Part shown: positions 12,918 to 24,874 of the stretch, one piece after another | How positions within the stretch are numbered: position 1 is the first letter of the stretch | Layout of the letters: every line of letters begins with the position of its first letter | NCBI GenBank assembly: GCA_965221125.1 | Contig: CBDCRW010000004.1 | Coordinates: forward strand, 96,001-160,000 | DNA: 64,000 bases | Origin: Alphaproteobacteria bacterium | GTDB lineage: Bacteria; Pseudomonadota; Alphaproteobacteria; UBA828 | Reading direction: 5' to 3' | Made by a program: the position numbers and the translations under genes | The notes under the pieces: generated by a model | The model's database searches: none | Seen by the model: the letters and a program-made list of their open reading frames with translations, nothing else | Told to the model about the DNA's origin: nothing

Positions 12918-13352
12918 ATGAGCGCGCGCCGACCCGTGATCGTCGTGCACGATCTCGACCAGGCAGTCGCTGCGCTCAGGGCGTCCGCCGCGGCCGGGGT
13001 CCCGGTGACGCTCTGGTCGGCGCCCGGCGCTGCCGCGTACGCGGGCCTCGGCTTTCTCGCTTCCGTCTTCGCCGAGGCCTCGGAAGCCGTGCCCGAGGCC
13101 GACCACGACGCGGTCGTCGACTGCAGGGGCAGCGCCGTGCTGGCCCACGAGGCGCTCGGCCGGGGCTTCGCCGGCGTGGCCTTCGCCGGCCAGGGCGCCA
13201 TGCGCAAGGCGCTCCAGGCCATCGCGGACGAGCACGGCGGGCGGCTCGTCACCGCCGGGCCGGGGCGGGGGGCGCTCGACCTCGCCGATTCCACCGCGCC
13301 CGAGCGCGACAGCGCGGATTATCTGGCGAATCGGCGGGCGAGACGGCTATAA
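12918..13352 (+). CDS. Hypothetical protein within the pgk-fba operon
   Basis: Co-directional ORF filling the gap between pgk and the aldolase; SAPGAAAYAG motif; host-like codon use. Confidence 0.6.
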   Translation: MSARRPVIVVHDLDQAVAALRASAAAGVPVTLWSAPGAAAYAGLGFLASVFAEASEAVPEADHDAVVDCRGSAVLAHEALGRGFAGVAFAGQGAMRKALQAIADEHGGRLVTAGPGRGALDLADSTAPERDSADYLANRRARRL

Positions 13353-13391
13353 ACGGCGGCAACGGAGTCACGCCTCGATCAGGATGCGGCC

Positions 13392-14312
13392 ATGCGAATT
13401 ACCCGGCGGGTCAGAGAAATTCTCTCCTGGTACGAGAGCGACAATCCGGGAACCAAGGCCAACCTCGCGCGTATCCTCATGCATGGCCGCCTCGGCGGCA
13501 CCGGGCGCATGGTCATCCTGCCGGTGGATCAGGGCTTCGAGCACGGGCCGGCCCGCAGCTTCGCGCCCAACCCGCCCGCCTACGACCCGCACTATCACTG
13601 GCGGCTCGCCATCGACGCAGGCCTGAACGCGTTCGCGAGCCCGCTCGGCATGATCGAGGCCGGCGCCGCGAGCTTCGCCGGCGCGATCCCCACCATCCTC
13701 AAGGTCAACAACGCCAACTCCCTCGGCGCGGCCAGGGATCAGGCTGTGACCGGGTCGGTCCGCGACGCGCTCAGACTGGGCTGCTCGGCCATCGGCTTCA
13801 CCATCTATCCCGCCTCCGACCACCAGTACGAGATGATCGAGGAGATCCGCGAGCTTGCGGCCGAAGCGAAGGCGCACGGGCTCGCCGTCGTCGTCTGGTC
13901 CTATCCGCGCGGCGGCGCGTTGTCGAAGGAGGGCGAGACCGCGCTCGACGTGGTGGCCTACGCCGCCCACCTGGCGGCGCTCGCCGGCGCCCACATCATC
14001 AAGGTCAAGCCGCCGACGGCGCACCTGGAGCAGGAGGCCGCCGCCAAGGCCTACAACACCGCCGGCGTGGAGGCCGAGACGCTGGAGGCGCGCATCGCCC
14101 ACATCATGCAGGCGGCCTTTGCCGGGCGCAGGCTCGTGGTCTTCTCCGGCGGCGCGGCCAAGGGGCTCGACGGGCTCTTCGGCGAGGTCCGCGCCATCCA
14201 CGCCGGCGGCGGCAGCGGCTCGATCATCGGCCGCAACAGCTTCCAGCGCCCGCGCGCCGACGCGCTCGCCATGCTGGATACGGTCATCGGCATCTACCGC
14301 GGCAAGGGCTAG
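13392..14312 (+). CDS. fbaB: Class I fructose-bisphosphate aldolase (DhnA/FbaB type)
   Basis: ILPVDQGFEHGP, WSYPRG, AHIIKVK (Schiff-base Lys), SIIGRNSFQR. Confidence 0.92.
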   Translation: MRITRRVREILSWYESDNPGTKANLARILMHGRLGGTGRMVILPVDQGFEHGPARSFAPNPPAYDPHYHWRLAIDAGLNAFASPLGMIEAGAASFAGAIPTILKVNNANSLGAARDQAVTGSVRDALRLGCSAIGFTIYPASDHQYEMIEEIRELAAEAKAHGLAVVVWSYPRGGALSKEGETALDVVAYAAHLAALAGAHIIKVKPPTAHLEQEAAAKAYNTAGVEAETLEARIAHIMQAAFAGRRLVVFSGGAAKGLDGLFGEVRAIHAGGGSGSIIGRNSFQRPRADALAMLDTVIGIYRGKG

Positions 14313-14530
14313 AGCGCGTCCGTCTTTGACGGGCGCGCGACAGGCCGCGATAGCGGCCCGCCGCGAATGCGGCGCGCCCGCGCAGGCGCTGGCCGTCGTG
14401 CCGGCAGGCGCGCGAAATCGCAAGACGGCCAGCTGCCGTGAGCGACAAAGAATCAAAGCGCTTCCGTGTAAGACAGATGCGCTCTAAACATCAGGCGCTG
14501 CCGATCCTCGGCCGCGCGGCGGCCGATCGC

Positions 14531-15037
14531 TCAGGCGGCGGAGATGACCGCCCGCCTTGGAAGACGCGCCGGAACCTGGCCGCCCAAAACGTCCAGCAGC
14601 ACCTCGACACGCTCGCGCGGTGCGAGACGCAGGACGACCGCCGCGCACTCGACGAACGGGCCGGCGGCAATGGTGACCGCATCGCCCGGCTTCAGGTCGG
14701 GCGCCGCCGCCGTGCTCACGCCGTTGGTCCCCGTCGCCTCTCTCAGCGCGGTGACGAACTCTTCGGGCAGCGCCTGCGGGCGCGGCCCATCGGCGAGAAG
14801 CTGCTTCACCCCGAAGGTGCCGTTGATCGCGCGCCACGGCTCGCGCGCAATGTCGAGTTCCACGAACAGATATCCGGGGAAGAGCGGCGCGTGTACGGTC
14901 TCGATGCGCCTCGCGTGCCGGCGCGAGCGCTCCATGACCGGCAGCCACGCGCGATAGCCCTGGCGCGCCAGGTTGATCTCGGCCCGCTGCTCCTGATGGG
15001 GCCGGGTATGGACGACGTACCATCGCTTCATCGGCAT
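14531..15037 (-). CDS. NusG-paralogue transcription antiterminator (RfaH/UpxY-like)
   Basis: WYVVHTRPHQE, PLFPGYLFV, INGTFGV (NGN domain) and KOW-like GDAVTIAAGPF. Confidence 0.85.
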   Translation of the reverse strand: MPMKRWYVVHTRPHQEQRAEINLARQGYRAWLPVMERSRRHARRIETVHAPLFPGYLFVELDIAREPWRAINGTFGVKQLLADGPRPQALPEEFVTALREATGTNGVSTAAAPDLKPGDAVTIAAGPFVECAAVVLRLAPRERVEVLLDVLGGQVPARLPRRAVISAA

Positions 15038-15187
15038 TGCTCGATTGACCGAACGTTCGGGCGCAGAACCCAACGGCACGGCACCACCGCCCACCATATC
15101 CGCGATGGCCGCAACATGGAAACAAAAGGGGTACATCCGCACCGTCATACCTGGACGTGGATGATAGCCGCGCGGCCCCTGCTCAAC

Positions 15188-15538
15188 TGGCCCGCAATTC
15201 TCACCAAGGTCATGGTCTGCGCGGCGCTATCCGGCCGACAGGCAAGGAGAGGCGCGCAGCGCGTCGCGCGGGTACGCGCGCCTTCGGCGCGACGCGGGGA
15301 CATCGGGCAAGCGGCTCGACGCAGCCTGTCGGCCGGAGAGCGTCGCCCTTCGGGTCGCGCCCAGGCGCCCGCCCATCGTGCGCTCCGCGCGCGTCCCGCG
15401 CGACGTCGCGCGTCCACGCGCGCGGAGCGCACGATGCGAGCCTCAACCGTATTCCCCGATACGCTTTTCGGCCCGCTCCTGGCGGATCGAACGCCTGGGC
15501 ACGACGCAGGCCGTGACCCTGGTGAGAATTGCGGGCTA
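15188..15538. repeat. MITE-like structured repeat, copy 1
   Basis: About 33-bp imperfect terminal inverted repeats GCCCGCAATTCTCACCAAGGTCATGGTCTGCG / CGCAGGCCGTGACCCTGGTGAGAATTGCGGGCTA; homologous to 36957-37226. Confidence 0.85.
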
Positions 15539-15576
15539 ACATCCCCGCTTCGAAATTCGAGCCTGCCGGAGAGACG

Positions 15577-16509
15577 ATGAGCACGATCAAGGAGACCGAG
15601 TGGATCTGGCGCGACGGGGAGTTCGTCCGCTGGCAGGATGCCACGGTCCATATCCTGTCCACCGCCGTTCAGTTCGGCTCCTCGGTCTTCGAGGGCATCC
15701 GCTGCTACGACACCGAGCGTGGGCCCGCCATCTTCCGCCTGGCCGAGCACTTGAAGCGGCTCCGCAATTCCGCGCGGATCTACCGCATGGAGGTCGCCTA
15801 CAGCGACGATGCGCTGACGGAGGCCTGCTTCGAGCTGATTCGGCGCAACGGGCTCCGCCATTGCTACATCCGGCCGGTGATCATGCGGGGCTACGGCGCG
15901 ATCGGCATGGACGGCGTCGGCAGCCCCATCGAGACCTGGATTCCGGCCTGGGAGTGGGGCGCCTATCTCGGCGACGACGCGCTGGAGAAGGGCGTGGACG
16001 TCTGTGTCTCGTCGTGGAGCCGCGCCGCGCCCAACACCTTCCCCGGCATGGCCAAGGCGACCGGCCACTACAACAACGCGCAGCTTATCAAGCTCGAGGC
16101 GATGGCCAACGGCTTCGTCGAGGCGATCGCGCTCACCCACGACGGGCTGATCAGCGAGGGCAGCGGCCAGAACCTCTTCGCCGTCATGGACGGCGCCGTG
16201 CTCACGCCGCCGATCGACGGCAGCAATCTCTCCGGCGTCACGCGGAACGCCGTCATGACCATCGCGGCCGACCTCGACGTGCCGCTCCGCGAATGCCCGA
16301 TGCCGCGCGAACTGCTCTACTGCGCCGACGAGCTGTTCTTCTCGGGCACCGCGGCGGAGATCACGCCGATCCGCTCCGTCGACCGCATCACCATCGGCCC
16401 GGGCGGGATCGGCCCGGTCACGCGGCGCATACAGCGGCGCTTCGTCGATATCGTGAACGGCCGCACCAACGACGACCACGGCTGGCTGACCCCGGTGCCG
16501 CGCGCATGA
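15577..16509 (+). CDS. ilvE: Branched-chain amino acid aminotransferase
   Basis: SVFEGIRCY, AKATGHY (PLP Lys), EGSGQNLF, DELFFSGTAAEITP. Confidence 0.9.
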   Translation: MSTIKETEWIWRDGEFVRWQDATVHILSTAVQFGSSVFEGIRCYDTERGPAIFRLAEHLKRLRNSARIYRMEVAYSDDALTEACFELIRRNGLRHCYIRPVIMRGYGAIGMDGVGSPIETWIPAWEWGAYLGDDALEKGVDVCVSSWSRAAPNTFPGMAKATGHYNNAQLIKLEAMANGFVEAIALTHDGLISEGSGQNLFAVMDGAVLTPPIDGSNLSGVTRNAVMTIAADLDVPLRECPMPRELLYCADELFFSGTAAEITPIRSVDRITIGPGGIGPVTRRIQRRFVDIVNGRTNDDHGWLTPVPRA

Positions 16510-16558
16510 GCCGCGCCCCAGTCCTCGCCGCGCGCGTCGGCCGAGGGGGACGATCCGC

Positions 16559-17359
16559 ATGACAGGCAATCGCGACCGGGCGGCGGCGCTTGCCGCGCGG
16601 CTCTTCGCCGAGCATGCCGAGGGCCGGCCCTTCCGCCGCCTGCGGGGCGCCGACCGGCCCGCGTCGCTGGCGGAGGGATACCGCGTCCAGCACCTGCTCA
16701 ACCGCCGCTTCGCCGAGGCCGGGCGGGGTGCGCCTGCCGGCTACAAGGTGGGCCTCACCTCCGAGGCCATCCAGGCGATGTACGGCAGCGACCAGCCGAT
16801 CAGCGGCGTGGTCTTTGAGAGCGCGGTGCACCGCTCGCCCGCGCGCATCGGGCTCGCCGACTACGCCCGCCTCGGGATCGAATTCGAGCTTGCCGTGGAG
16901 GTCGGCGACGCCTTCCGGCCGGAGGACGCGCCGTTCGCCCTCAATGACGCGGCGGCACGGGTCGCGGCCTGCATGCCGGCCTTCGAGCTGATCGAGGACC
17001 GCCATGCCGACCACGACGACGTCGACGCGCTTTCCATCCTGGCGGACAACGCGTGGTGCGCGGGGGTCGTTCTGGGCCCGCGGCGCACCGATTGGCGGGC
17101 GCTCGATCTCGCCGGCACCCCGGTCTCGCTGCGGGTCAACGACGCCCCGCCGGCATCGGCGGTCACCGGCGCCGCCATGGGGAATCCGCTTAACTCGCTC
17201 GTCTGGCTCGCCAACCAGCTCGCTTCGAGGGGGGCGACGCTCGAAGCCGGCATGATCGTGATGACCGGGAGCACGCTGGCGACCCGCTTCCCCGCTGCGG
17301 GCGATCGCTTCGTCTACGAAATCCAGGGGCTGGGGGCGGTGGAGGCCACGATCGCCTGA
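16559..17359 (+). CDS. 2-keto-4-pentenoate hydratase / fumarylacetoacetate hydrolase family
   Basis: GYKVGLTS, IEFELA, PAFELIEDR, LADNA, GNPLNSLVWLAN, VMTGS. Confidence 0.85.
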   Translation: MTGNRDRAAALAARLFAEHAEGRPFRRLRGADRPASLAEGYRVQHLLNRRFAEAGRGAPAGYKVGLTSEAIQAMYGSDQPISGVVFESAVHRSPARIGLADYARLGIEFELAVEVGDAFRPEDAPFALNDAAARVAACMPAFELIEDRHADHDDVDALSILADNAWCAGVVLGPRRTDWRALDLAGTPVSLRVNDAPPASAVTGAAMGNPLNSLVWLANQLASRGATLEAGMIVMTGSTLATRFPAAGDRFVYEIQGLGAVEATIA

Positions 17360-17383
17360 AGCGACCGCAGGCGGTTGGCGGAA

Positions 17384-18535
17384 TTACCCCCCGCTGGCGC
17401 CGGGCCGGCGGGTGATGACCTCGTCGCGGTGAACGCCGACGCAGAGCAGCAGGCCGAGACCCAGCATCAGGCTCAGCATGGCGCTCCCGCCGTAGGAGAT
17501 CAGCGGCAGCGGCAGGCCGACGATGGGGATGAGCCCGATCACCATGGCGACGTTGAAGAAGACGTGGAAGAAGAACGTCACCGTGATGCCCATGCCGAGC
17601 ATGCGGCCGAAATGGTTGTTGCTGCGGGCCGAGATCACCACGCCGTAAGTGGCGATCCCGAGGTACAGCAGGAGCACGCCGGCCACGCCGAAGAACCCCA
17701 GCTCCTCCGCCATCATGGTGAAGATGAAGTCGGTCTGCTTCTCCGGCAGGAAGTTGAGGTGGCTCTGCGTCCCCTGCATGTAGCCCTTGCCGAACAGGCC
17801 GCCGGAGCCCAGCGCGATCTTCGATTGCAGGATGTGGTACCCCGCGCCGAGCGGGTCCGCTTCGGGATCGAAGAAGGTGAGGATGCGCGCCTTTTGATAT
17901 TCGTGCAGGAACTGCCAGGCGACCGGCCCGGAGCCGAGAGCGACGACCACGCCCGCGCCGATCTTCCACGCCTTGATCCCTGCGAGGATCAGCATGATCG
18001 CGCCGCCGAGCGCGACCAGCAGGGCGGTGCCCAGGTCCGGTTGGCGGAGGATCAGCGCAGCAGGCGCGAGGATCAGGAGCAGCGGCAGGAGGTAGGTCCG
18101 GACGCGGCCCAGTCCGTCGAGGGCGACGCCGTGGAAGTAACGCGCCAGAGCCAGCACCATCGCGATCTTCATGAGCTCCGAGGGCTGCAGCTGGATCACG
18201 CCGATGTCGATCCAGCGCTGCGCGCCCTTGCCGGCTGCGCCGAGCAGCTCCACGCCGACCAGCAGGGCGAAGGCGATGCCGTAGATCGTGTAGGCCGCGC
18301 GCAGCCAGAAGCCGATGTCGACGATGGCCACCGCGAGCATCACGATCAGCCCGGCGCCGAACCAGACCATCTGGCGCGACGCCCACGGCTCGGTGGTGCC
18401 GCCGGCGGCGGATATCAGCATCCCGATGCCGACCGCGCCGATGGTGCAGACGAGAACGACCAGAAACCAGTCGAGCTTGAGCAGCCGCTCGGCGATGCGA
18501 AGGCCCTGCTGGCGGCCAATCTCCAACTGCGCCAT
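17384..18535 (-). CDS. rodA: Rod shape-determining protein RodA
   Basis: GAQRWI, QPSELMK, QPDLGT, YHILQSKIALGSGG, FLPEKQTDFIF, PLISYGGS. Confidence 0.96.
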   Translation of the reverse strand: MAQLEIGRQQGLRIAERLLKLDWFLVVLVCTIGAVGIGMLISAAGGTTEPWASRQMVWFGAGLIVMLAVAIVDIGFWLRAAYTIYGIAFALLVGVELLGAAGKGAQRWIDIGVIQLQPSELMKIAMVLALARYFHGVALDGLGRVRTYLLPLLLILAPAALILRQPDLGTALLVALGGAIMLILAGIKAWKIGAGVVVALGSGPVAWQFLHEYQKARILTFFDPEADPLGAGYHILQSKIALGSGGLFGKGYMQGTQSHLNFLPEKQTDFIFTMMAEELGFFGVAGVLLLYLGIATYGVVISARSNNHFGRMLGMGITVTFFFHVFFNVAMVIGLIPIVGLPLPLISYGGSAMLSLMLGLGLLLCVGVHRDEVITRRPGASGG

Positions 18536-20418
18536 CAGGCGGTCTCGTTCTGTCGCGGCACGGGCGTGAAGGAACGGGCCCGCGCCGACGGATCGCGGCG
18601 CTGGACCTCGCGCAGGATGTCGCGTGCGATGGGCGCCGCCACGGAGCCCCCGCTGCCGCCGTGCTCGACGACGACGGCGACCCCGTAGCGCGGCCGCTCG
18701 GTCGGCGCGTAGGCGACGAAGAGCGCATGGTCGCGCTCCTCCCACGGGCGATCCTCGTTCTTGATCACGCCCGCGCGGTGTTCGCGCTCCGAAATGCGCT
18801 TCACCTGCACGCTGCCGGTCTTGCCGGCCATGGCGAGCGCCGGCTCCTCGATGCGCGCGCGATAGGCGGTGCCCTTGGGGTCGTTCACGACCTTGAGCAT
18901 GCCGTTGCGGACGATGTCGAAGTGGGCGGGTGAGATGCCCATCGTGGGGAAGGTCTCGCGCGCGCGCTCGATCGGCCGCCCATCGCGAATCGTCTCCGCC
19001 AGAATGCGCGGCTCCACCGCGATGCCGCCGTTGCCGATGCGCGCCACCATGACTGCGAGCTGGAGCGGCGTCGTGAGCAGGTAGCCCTGGCCGATGCCGA
19101 CCACCAGCGTCTCGCCGCCTTGCCAGGGCTCGCCGATCATGGCGAGCTTCCACTCCTTCGTCGGCACCAGCCCGGGCTTCTCGCCGGGCAGCTCGATGTC
19201 GAGCTTGGTGCCGAAGCCGAACCGCTCCGCCATCGCGGCGATGCGGTCTATGCCGATCCGCTTGGCGACCTCGTAGAAGTAGACGTCGCACGACTCCGTG
19301 AGGCCCTTGATCATGTCGACGTGGCCGTGGCCGTGGCGCCGCCAGCAGCGGAACCGGCGTTTGCCCAGCTTCAGCGACCCGTCGCAGAAGAAGCGGTGAT
19401 GCGGACTGAGCCCGCCACCCTCCAGCGCGGCCAGGGCCACGATCATCTTGAAGGTCGATCCCGGCGAGTACTGGCCGGCGATCGACCTGTTGGTGAGCGG
19501 GAAGCGCGGATGGCCGATCAGCTCTCCCCATTGCCGCTGGCTGATGCCAGAGGTGAACAGATTGGGGTCGTAGCTCGGCATCGACGCCAGCGCCAGAATG
19601 TCGCCCGAATGGATGTCGAGCACCACGGCCGAGCCGCTTTCATCGCCGAAGCGTGCCGAGACGTACTGCTGGAGCCCGAGGTCGATGGTCAGCATGTGGT
19701 CGTCGCCCGGCCGGCCAGTCCGGCGGCTGAGCTCGCGGATCACGCGGCCGTAGGCGTTGACCTCGACCTGCCGGGAGCCCGCCTCGCCGCGCAGCGAGGT
19801 CTCCAGCACCTTCTCGGCGCCGTTCTTGCCGATGCGGAAGTCGGGCAGGCTGAGCAGCGGGTCGTCCGTCCGCTCCAGGTCGGCCTCGTTCACGGCGCCG
19901 ACGTAGCCGACGATATGGACCGTGTCCTGCCCGAAGGCGTAGAGCCGGCGGCGGCCGACGTCGATCATCACGCCGGGCAGGTCGGGCGCGTTGACCTCGA
20001 TCTGGGAGACTTCCTCCCACGTCAGGTGCTCGCGCACCGTGATTGGCACGAACTTCTGGTTGCGCCTGGCCTCGCGCAGGACCCGCTCGCGGTCGTGGTC
20101 TTCGACCGGCACGAGCTGGGCGATTTCGTCCAGCGCCTTGTCGAGGTTCAGCGCCGCCTCGGGCACCAGGATCAGCCGATAGTTGAGCCGGTTCTCCGCA
20201 AGCACCTGGCCGAAGCGGTCGAAGATGCGGCCCCGCGCCGGCGGCAGGAGCTGCATGTTGATGCGGTTCTCGTCGGCCAGAACCTGATAGCGCTCGGAGT
20301 CGACGACCTGGAGCTGATAGAGCCGCCCGGCGAGCCCGGCGGTCAGCAGCGCCTGCGCGCCGCCGACGATGATGGCGCGTCGCGTGAAGAGGTTGGCGCG
20401 TCCCGTCTCGCCGCGCAT
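18535..20418 (-). CDS. mrdA: Penicillin-binding protein 2
   Basis: SxxK motif PGSTFK, SCDVYFY, GKTG; position in the mre operon. Confidence 0.96.
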   Translation of the reverse strand: MRGETGRANLFTRRAIIVGGAQALLTAGLAGRLYQLQVVDSERYQVLADENRINMQLLPPARGRIFDRFGQVLAENRLNYRLILVPEAALNLDKALDEIAQLVPVEDHDRERVLREARRNQKFVPITVREHLTWEEVSQIEVNAPDLPGVMIDVGRRRLYAFGQDTVHIVGYVGAVNEADLERTDDPLLSLPDFRIGKNGAEKVLETSLRGEAGSRQVEVNAYGRVIRELSRRTGRPGDDHMLTIDLGLQQYVSARFGDESGSAVVLDIHSGDILALASMPSYDPNLFTSGISQRQWGELIGHPRFPLTNRSIAGQYSPGSTFKMIVALAALEGGGLSPHHRFFCDGSLKLGKRRFRCWRRHGHGHVDMIKGLTESCDVYFYEVAKRIGIDRIAAMAERFGFGTKLDIELPGEKPGLVPTKEWKLAMIGEPWQGGETLVVGIGQGYLLTTPLQLAVMVARIGNGGIAVEPRILAETIRDGRPIERARETFPTMGISPAHFDIVRNGMLKVVNDPKGTAYRARIEEPALAMAGKTGSVQVKRISEREHRAGVIKNEDRPWEERDHALFVAYAPTERPRYGVAVVVEHGGSGGSVAAPIARDILREVQRRDPSARARSFTPVPRQNETA

Positions 20419-20419
20419 C

Positions 20420-20935
20420 TCACTCGGGCCTTGCCGCGGCGAGCGCGCCGAGGGGGCGGAAGAACAGCACGAAGACCGGGAAGAGGAGAATCGTCAGGAC
20501 CACCTGGAAGACGATCGGCAGCAGCGGGACGACCGTGCCGAAGCAGGCCGAGCTGATGATCCAGCCGAGCAGGCCGATCGCCGGCATGGTGAGCGAGAAG
20601 CCCCACCAGACGACGAGGAAGGGCTTGCCGCGGAAGAAGGTCCGTTGCGAGGCGACGACACCCTGGACGATGAGGAGCACCAGCGCCGTCATGCCGAGCG
20701 GCGTGCCGGCCAGCAGGTCCTGCAGCAGGCCGATGGCGAAGGTCGCAGCGTACGGGAGCCGCTCCGGCCGGTAGATGGTCCAGTAGAAGATCGCCATGGC
20801 CGCAAGCGCCGGCGTGACCTCGACGAAGCCCGGCAGCCGCCAGGGCAGCGCGCCTGCGAAGACGAACACCACCGTGACGGTCACCGGAATCATGCCGCGC
20901 AGCGAGCGCTCGGCCGTGTGCAGCCAGTCGCCCAT
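20420..20935 (-). CDS. mreD: Rod shape-determining protein MreD
   Basis: Hydrophobic protein with FYWTIYRP and IGLLQDLL, between mreC and mrdA. Confidence 0.9.
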   Translation of the reverse strand: MGDWLHTAERSLRGMIPVTVTVVFVFAGALPWRLPGFVEVTPALAAMAIFYWTIYRPERLPYAATFAIGLLQDLLAGTPLGMTALVLLIVQGVVASQRTFFRGKPFLVVWWGFSLTMPAIGLLGWIISSACFGTVVPLLPIVFQVVLTILLFPVFVLFFRPLGALAAARPE

Positions 20936-21816
20936 CACTCGAGGCTCCCGGTGCGCGCGGCGCGGCGCGTCTCGGGGAAGACGCCCGGCACCACGTAGTC
21001 GAGGATGGTGACGAAATCGAGCCGCTCCCAGACGACGAAGGGCTGCACGGTCGCGCGGTCCTTCGCGACCGACGAGACGATCCCGACATCGAGCGCCGGC
21101 GGGAACATTCCGCCCTCGCCCGACGTCACGATGCGGTCGCCCGGCTTGACCCTGGCGTCGGTCGCGAGGAAGGCGAGGTAGGGCTGCGGGCTGTTGTCGC
21201 CACGGAGAATCGTCCGGTCCCGGCTCTCTTCCGAGACCACGGGAATGCGCGAGTTCAGGTCCGTGAGCAGGAGGATTCGCGCCGTGTGGTTGCCCACCTC
21301 CAGCACGCGGCCGACCAGCCCCTCGTGGTTGACCACGGCCTGGCCCTTGCGCACGCCGTGGCTCTCGCCGGCGTTCACCATGACCATGTGGATGAAGGGG
21401 CCGCCCGAATCCGCGATCACGCGGGCGGTGATGTACTCCGCTCTCTGGTCCGGCACGACCTTCAGCATCCGGCGGAACATGTCGTTCTCGTAGCCCAGCT
21501 GCTCCGCCACCGCCTGCCACTTGCGGAGCTCGGCGTTGTCGTGCTCCAGCCGCTCGTTGCGCTCGTGGACGGCCAGCATGCCGTTCAGCTCGTCGAACCT
21601 GTCGGCAATCGTCGCCGCCGGGCGCGAGAAGAAGCTGAATATCGGAGCCACCGTGTCGGCGACGCCGACACGGAGCGTCTCCACCAGTCGGGGCTCCGCC
21701 TGGCTCAGGATCATCAGGGTAATCGCCGCACACGCCAGAAATGCGTAGCCGAAGCGCTGGGCGAAGACCCTGCCCGGCACGGCCAGGACGAGATTGCGCC
21801 CCCGGCCTACCCTCAC
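20935..21816 (-). CDS. mreC: Rod shape-determining protein MreC
   Basis: N-terminal TM plus coiled coil, GLVGRV, LLTDLNSRIPV, VTSGEGGMFP. Confidence 0.92.
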   Translation of the reverse strand: MRVGRGRNLVLAVPGRVFAQRFGYAFLACAAITLMILSQAEPRLVETLRVGVADTVAPIFSFFSRPAATIADRFDELNGMLAVHERNERLEHDNAELRKWQAVAEQLGYENDMFRRMLKVVPDQRAEYITARVIADSGGPFIHMVMVNAGESHGVRKGQAVVNHEGLVGRVLEVGNHTARILLLTDLNSRIPVVSEESRDRTILRGDNSPQPYLAFLATDARVKPGDRIVTSGEGGMFPPALDVGIVSSVAKDRATVQPFVVWERLDFVTILDYVVPGVFPETRRAARTGSLE

Positions 21817-21873
21817 TCAGACCTCCATGCAGTGCGCGGTGTTATCCGAATCGAGGCCCGCGTCGCGGAATGT

Positions 21874-24538
<2,665 letters not shown>

Positions 24539-24607
24539 CCTCTCACCCCGGCGGCTACGACGGTCATCGCGCTCCCCTGGTCGGTTGCCGCACGCGCGGC
24601 GCACCGC

Positions 24608-24712
24608 TCAGGGGCGACTAAGTCGCAACCCGCGCAGGGTGGAACGTGCCGCGGCTGCCAACGCGCACGAATCGGGCTTGCCCACCGGCTTGCTTTCCGC
24701 AGGCACCCTCAT
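24608..24712 (-). promoter_or_regulatory. Candidate leuA leader peptide / attenuation region
   Basis: 34-codon ORF ending LRGLRLSRP* (Leu codons CTG, TTG, CTT) about 70 nt upstream of leuA. Confidence 0.4.
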
Positions 24713-24874
24713 TGGACCATCGCCCTCGACCCCATTCGCACGACATAGGCGACCCGCCGGCGCGGCACAAGGCCGGTTCGCCAGCCCAAACTGCAGCCCT
24801 TGTACGCCCAACCCCTTGGGCGAAGCAACGAATTTGTCAACAACCCGTCGCTCTCGTGCCCGCTCGGGGCCGCG

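Noticed and set aside
15210-15662. Similar peptides (ARNSHQGHGLRR...) in ORFs 15210-15662 and 36979-37236
   Set aside because: They arise from translating the non-coding repeat, and there is no evidence that they are proteins.
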